A stretch of DNA of 64,000 bases. It comes from an uncultured Phocaeicola sp. (GTDB taxonomy: Bacteria > Bacteroidota > Bacteroidia > Bacteroidales > Bacteroidaceae). Under the pieces are notes generated by a model. The model worked only from the letters and a program-made list of their open reading frames with translations. It was not told the DNA's origin and made no database searches. The translations under genes were made by a program, and so were the position numbers. This document shows positions 60,567 to 64,000 of the stretch, one piece after another (the first letter of the stretch is position 1; each line of letters begins with the position of its first letter). The DNA is taken from assembly GCA_948566455.1 (NCBI GenBank), contig CAOYQO010000003.1, forward strand, positions 48,709-112,708. The letters run 5' to 3'.

Positions 60567-60660
60567 AATGTGTTAATTTGCTAATAGGCTGATTTGCCGT
60601 TTGGTTCCGCTATGTTCGCATGTCAATTGGCCTATTAGCAAATTGGCAAATTAGCACATT
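60567..60660. repeat. Small palindromic element built from 8-bp units
   Basis: AATTTGCTAATAGGC / GCCTATTAGCAAATT arms; TTAGCAAA-TTGGCAAA-TTAGCACA iteration. Confidence 0.65.
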
Positions 60661-60670
60661 ATTCAAAATT

Positions 60671-60725
60671 TGCACATAATAGACCAATTTTTACCTTTCT
60701 GTCCCCTGTCTCTCGTTTACTTTTG
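60671..60725 (+). promoter_or_regulatory. Putative activator site plus -7 box
   Basis: TGCACATAATAGACCAATTTTTACCTT, 20-nt spacer, TACTTTTG; same geometry as 49575-49629. Confidence 0.7.
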
Positions 60726-60753
60726 TAGTAGAACAAATCTTAATCTATACAAA

Positions 60754-63300
60754 ATGAAACATTTACATTTCCTCGCTTTTGCCTTGTGCTGGCTTGTATG
60801 GGGACATCTGTTAAAAGCACAAAGTATTGATCATTATAGTTCGTTAGATCCTTCGCAACCTATAGAATTTAAAGGAAACTGCCTTCGTTATGCAGATAAA
60901 GAAATTATTTTAGGTCCGAAAACATTTTTTGTTGATGGGCAGTTGTCCGATAGGGAAGTGGCGGGTAATCCTTATGTTTTTAATAGTTTCAATAAAGCTG
61001 CCGCTAATTTTTCAGCTGGTACGGAAGCGGAACCGATGAAAGTCTATCTGGCTCCATACGTTTATTGGATTGATGATCCTGACGATCCTGCTATTCGTGT
61101 TGGAAAAGACGGTCGTGAACCGTTCGGCTTGGTTGTTAAATGCCCTTATCTTCATATTATCGGATTGAATAGCCATCCTGAAAATACAGTCCTGGCATCC
61201 AGCCGTGGACAGACACAGGGGGCTGTCGGTAATTTCACCATGTTTGATTTTTGGGGAGACGGTCTGTTGGTTAAGGACTTGACCATGGGGAATTTCTGTA
61301 ATGTCGATTTGGAATACCCTCTGAAGAAGGAATTAAGCAGGAAGAAAAGAATGTCTGCCATCACTCAGGCGCACGTCGCTTATTGTCATGGCGACAAGAT
61401 TGTGGCGGATAATGTACATTTCATCAGTCGCTTGAACATGAATCCGCTGAATGGCGCCAAGCGGATACTTTTTAATAAATGCCACATGGAAAGTACCGAT
61501 GATGCGTTGACCGGAACAGGGGTTTATCTGGATTGTACACTTCATTTTTATGGTCAGAAACCTTTTTGGAGAAGTGATATGGGCGGAGCTGTATTTTTGA
61601 ACTGTGACTTTTATGTATGTCATGAGGAAGACCGGCAATATTTTTGTAAGTCGGTCGGGCCGTTAAGTATTGTCGATTGCCGTTATCATTCGAAGAAGCC
61701 GGTTTATGCGGGCTGGACACATGATCCCACAGATTGGTTGCGTTGTTACCAATATAATGTGAAGCTGAACGGGCAACCTTATGTAATAGGGGCTGACAAG
61801 CCTTATAATACGGTTTGCATGGATCAGCTGAATCAACTGAAAACTTTCCGGCTGGAAGAGAATGAAGAGGTAGTTTATAATACTTACAATTTATTGAGAG
61901 GAGAGGATGATTGGGATCCTCTTCAGGTGAAAGATCGTGTCATTGCTATAGGTAAGCGGGATGGAAGGGATTATACCCGGATGCCCTCCTGTCTTTCTGT
62001 AGAGCCTTTAACGGCTTCCATCCAGACTGGTGGCCAGCCGGTCAGACTGGTTGCGACGGTGAAAAGGCATTGCAACTATGTACTGAATAATGTTCCCGTG
62101 AAGTGGAAAGTACAACAAGGTTATGAAAAGGATGTGAAATTATCTACTTCCGAGGGTTATGAATGTGTTGTCGAGGCAACTAATACGGAGGATGAAACAA
62201 AACATTTCACTGTGATAGCCTATACAGAGGATGGTTTGGAATGTGCGACAGAACTTACGGTTGCTCCCGATTATGTACCGGCTCCCTCGTTTACGGAAGA
62301 GCCGGAATTGAATATTGCTAAAGGAGTAGCTACTGTCAGTTATGCTTTAAATTTGAATGGGCGTAAGGATGAATCATTGATAACCTGGTATAGATGTACG
62401 GACAGGAACGGGACTGATAGACTTCCGGTTTCTGTATCCCGCTTGAATGAACCGGAATATTCCTATACGTTGGTAAAAGAAGATGTTGGTTATTATCTGA
62501 TGGCAGCTATCGCTCCCAAGCATCTGCGTTGTTTGCCGGGGGAAGAACGGATTGTTGTTTCCAATTCTCCAATAAAGAAAGGGCAAGTGAATATCACTCA
62601 TATATTTGAAACGGATTTTCAGAACTTTCCATGTAAGAATCAACCACAACTTTTACCGGGATTTTGGACGATTGGTGGATATAAGCCTTTGGATACGGCA
62701 GCATACGATTGGCAGGTAGTTCCGGATAAGGATTATTGGATTTATGGACCTGGAATGAATGGTTCTCACGGAACCGGTTTGTTGCAGGATCAGAAAGGAG
62801 CCCGTTTGCTGTATACTCCACTGGATGGCAGCTATGGAGATATGGCAATCACATTGAATGTGGATGCCAGTAAAACAGCAGGACAAGGTTTTGGTAGTGC
62901 TACAGGACAGTATTTGGATTTGTATATCAAGTTTGATACCCGTACTTTAACGGGATATGCATTGCGTATCATTCGTACGACCAAGTATAGTAATGCGGTT
63001 GATTTTATTTTGATGAAATATGAGAACGGGGTGGCTGAAGCCATCAGTCAACCGGTGTCTTCTACCTGCTATCGTACAAATTGTACTCTGACATTGACTG
63101 CTAAAGGAGGAAAATTGACAGCACATGCTTCAACAACGACTCCGCTTCCGGCGCCTGTAACTGATCCGAATTTGAAACTTTCGGTAGATTTGGAGGCGGA
63201 TATAGCCTCGAACACTTTTGGGGGCACCGGTATCCAGCATACGGGCAGTTGTGGTGAAAGTACAACGATGCTGCATTATATGAAGGTGGAATGGGAATAG
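60754..63300 (+). CDS. Secreted protein with a divergent pectinesterase-like beta-helix and C-terminal Ig-like/beta-sandwich domains
   Basis: QAHVAYCHGDKIVADNVHF, RILFNKCHMESTDD, AVFLNCDF resemble CE8 spacing; start ATG 60754 gives a signal peptide. Confidence 0.65.
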   Translation: MKHLHFLAFALCWLVWGHLLKAQSIDHYSSLDPSQPIEFKGNCLRYADKEIILGPKTFFVDGQLSDREVAGNPYVFNSFNKAAANFSAGTEAEPMKVYLAPYVYWIDDPDDPAIRVGKDGREPFGLVVKCPYLHIIGLNSHPENTVLASSRGQTQGAVGNFTMFDFWGDGLLVKDLTMGNFCNVDLEYPLKKELSRKKRMSAITQAHVAYCHGDKIVADNVHFISRLNMNPLNGAKRILFNKCHMESTDDALTGTGVYLDCTLHFYGQKPFWRSDMGGAVFLNCDFYVCHEEDRQYFCKSVGPLSIVDCRYHSKKPVYAGWTHDPTDWLRCYQYNVKLNGQPYVIGADKPYNTVCMDQLNQLKTFRLEENEEVVYNTYNLLRGEDDWDPLQVKDRVIAIGKRDGRDYTRMPSCLSVEPLTASIQTGGQPVRLVATVKRHCNYVLNNVPVKWKVQQGYEKDVKLSTSEGYECVVEATNTEDETKHFTVIAYTEDGLECATELTVAPDYVPAPSFTEEPELNIAKGVATVSYALNLNGRKDESLITWYRCTDRNGTDRLPVSVSRLNEPEYSYTLVKEDVGYYLMAAIAPKHLRCLPGEERIVVSNSPIKKGQVNITHIFETDFQNFPCKNQPQLLPGFWTIGGYKPLDTAAYDWQVVPDKDYWIYGPGMNGSHGTGLLQDQKGARLLYTPLDGSYGDMAITLNVDASKTAGQGFGSATGQYLDLYIKFDTRTLTGYALRIIRTTKYSNAVDFILMKYENGVAEAISQPVSSTCYRTNCTLTLTAKGGKLTAHASTTTPLPAPVTDPNLKLSVDLEADIASNTFGGTGIQHTGSCGESTTMLHYMKVEWE

Positions 63301-63335
63301 AATGATTAAGACTTGAATTTAATACTGATGAATCT

Positions 63336-64000
63336 ATGGTTACATTAAAATCGTTTTTAGGTATGATTGCCGCAGTTCCTTTTATAATGGCGTGTAATCA
63401 GACAGGGCAGGTCAATGCAACACTTTTTCCTGCTTCCGGTTCGGAAAATGTCAATCCGGACACTCATTTGGTTCTTACTTTTTCCGAGACTCCTGTCCTA
63501 GGAGATTCCGGTATGATACGGGTTTATGACGCAGTTACTGACCAAGTGGTGGACAGTTTGGATTTGAGTATTCCGTCTGGTCCTACGGAGAGCCGTACGT
63601 ATGGTCCGGAATGTGATTATACAAAAGTGCCTTATGACTATACTCGTACCGTTGTGCCTACCAATAAAGATACTCGTCCGGGTACTCCTTCGGGAACGGC
63701 GGAACCTACTCCTCCTGTGTACCAGCTTACTATCATAGGGGGATTTACGGATGCCTTTCATTTTTATCCTGTCATCGTGCGTGATTCTATAGCTACTATT
63801 TATCTACACAATAATATGCTGGAATATGGGCATACTTACTATGTGACTATAGATAATGGTGTGTTAAATTTAGCTGACGGCAGTTTTCAAGGAGTCACTA
63901 AAGAAGATGAGTGGACTTTCACTACTAAATCTGACATGCCGGAACTTTCAGATACATTGATTGTGGATGCTACAGGAAAAGGGGACTTTAATACAGTTCA
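63336..64000 (+). CDS. Partial lipoprotein: Ig-like domain followed by the start of a CE8 pectinesterase domain (runs off window)
   Basis: Own translation MVTLKSFLGMIAAVPFIMAC...FP....NVNPDTHLVLTF...WTFTTK...LIVDATGKGDFNTV; open to the window end. Confidence 0.8.
   Translation, partial: MVTLKSFLGMIAAVPFIMACNQTGQVNATLFPASGSENVNPDTHLVLTFSETPVLGDSGMIRVYDAVTDQVVDSLDLSIPSGPTESRTYGPECDYTKVPYDYTRTVVPTNKDTRPGTPSGTAEPTPPVYQLTIIGGFTDAFHFYPVIVRDSIATIYLHNNMLEYGHTYYVTIDNGVLNLADGSFQGVTKEDEWTFTTKSDMPELSDTLIVDATGKGDFNTV

Overview
Bacteroidales chromosomal DNA, most consistent with Phocaeicola/Bacteroides (inferred from gene content and TAnnTTTG promoters; species not determinable here). It is dominated by polysaccharide utilisation loci. 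Left: two divergent ECF-sigma/FecR/SusC/SusD loci (one with a sulfatase; one followed by GH2, GH43, a nonsense-interrupted GH28, a kinase-less HTCS-like regulator, aldA, a GH43-like lipoprotein and a GH140-like enzyme). Right: a pectin/uronate locus (exuT-like, kduI, orphan PTS-IIC, GH105, CE8, two SusC/SusD pairs, FGE-BNR fusion, GH43, apiosidase-like and CE8-like proteins). No rRNA, tRNA, CRISPR, integrase or transposase was seen. The most unusual signal is non-coding: two elements with unrelated sequence but the same grammar (iterated-motif inverted arms around a central inverted repeat enclosing a 22-bp-period ACT-NN-AGT array). One (8.8-11.4 kb) carries an HU-like/wHTH gene and a VapE/VirE-like helicase gene; the other (48.8-49.5 kb) is gene-less. 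Both sit between SusC/SusD pairs. The first is also enclosed by an inverted 255-bp, about 88%-identical block shared by the two flanking susC genes. All counts are manual; functions are hypotheses.
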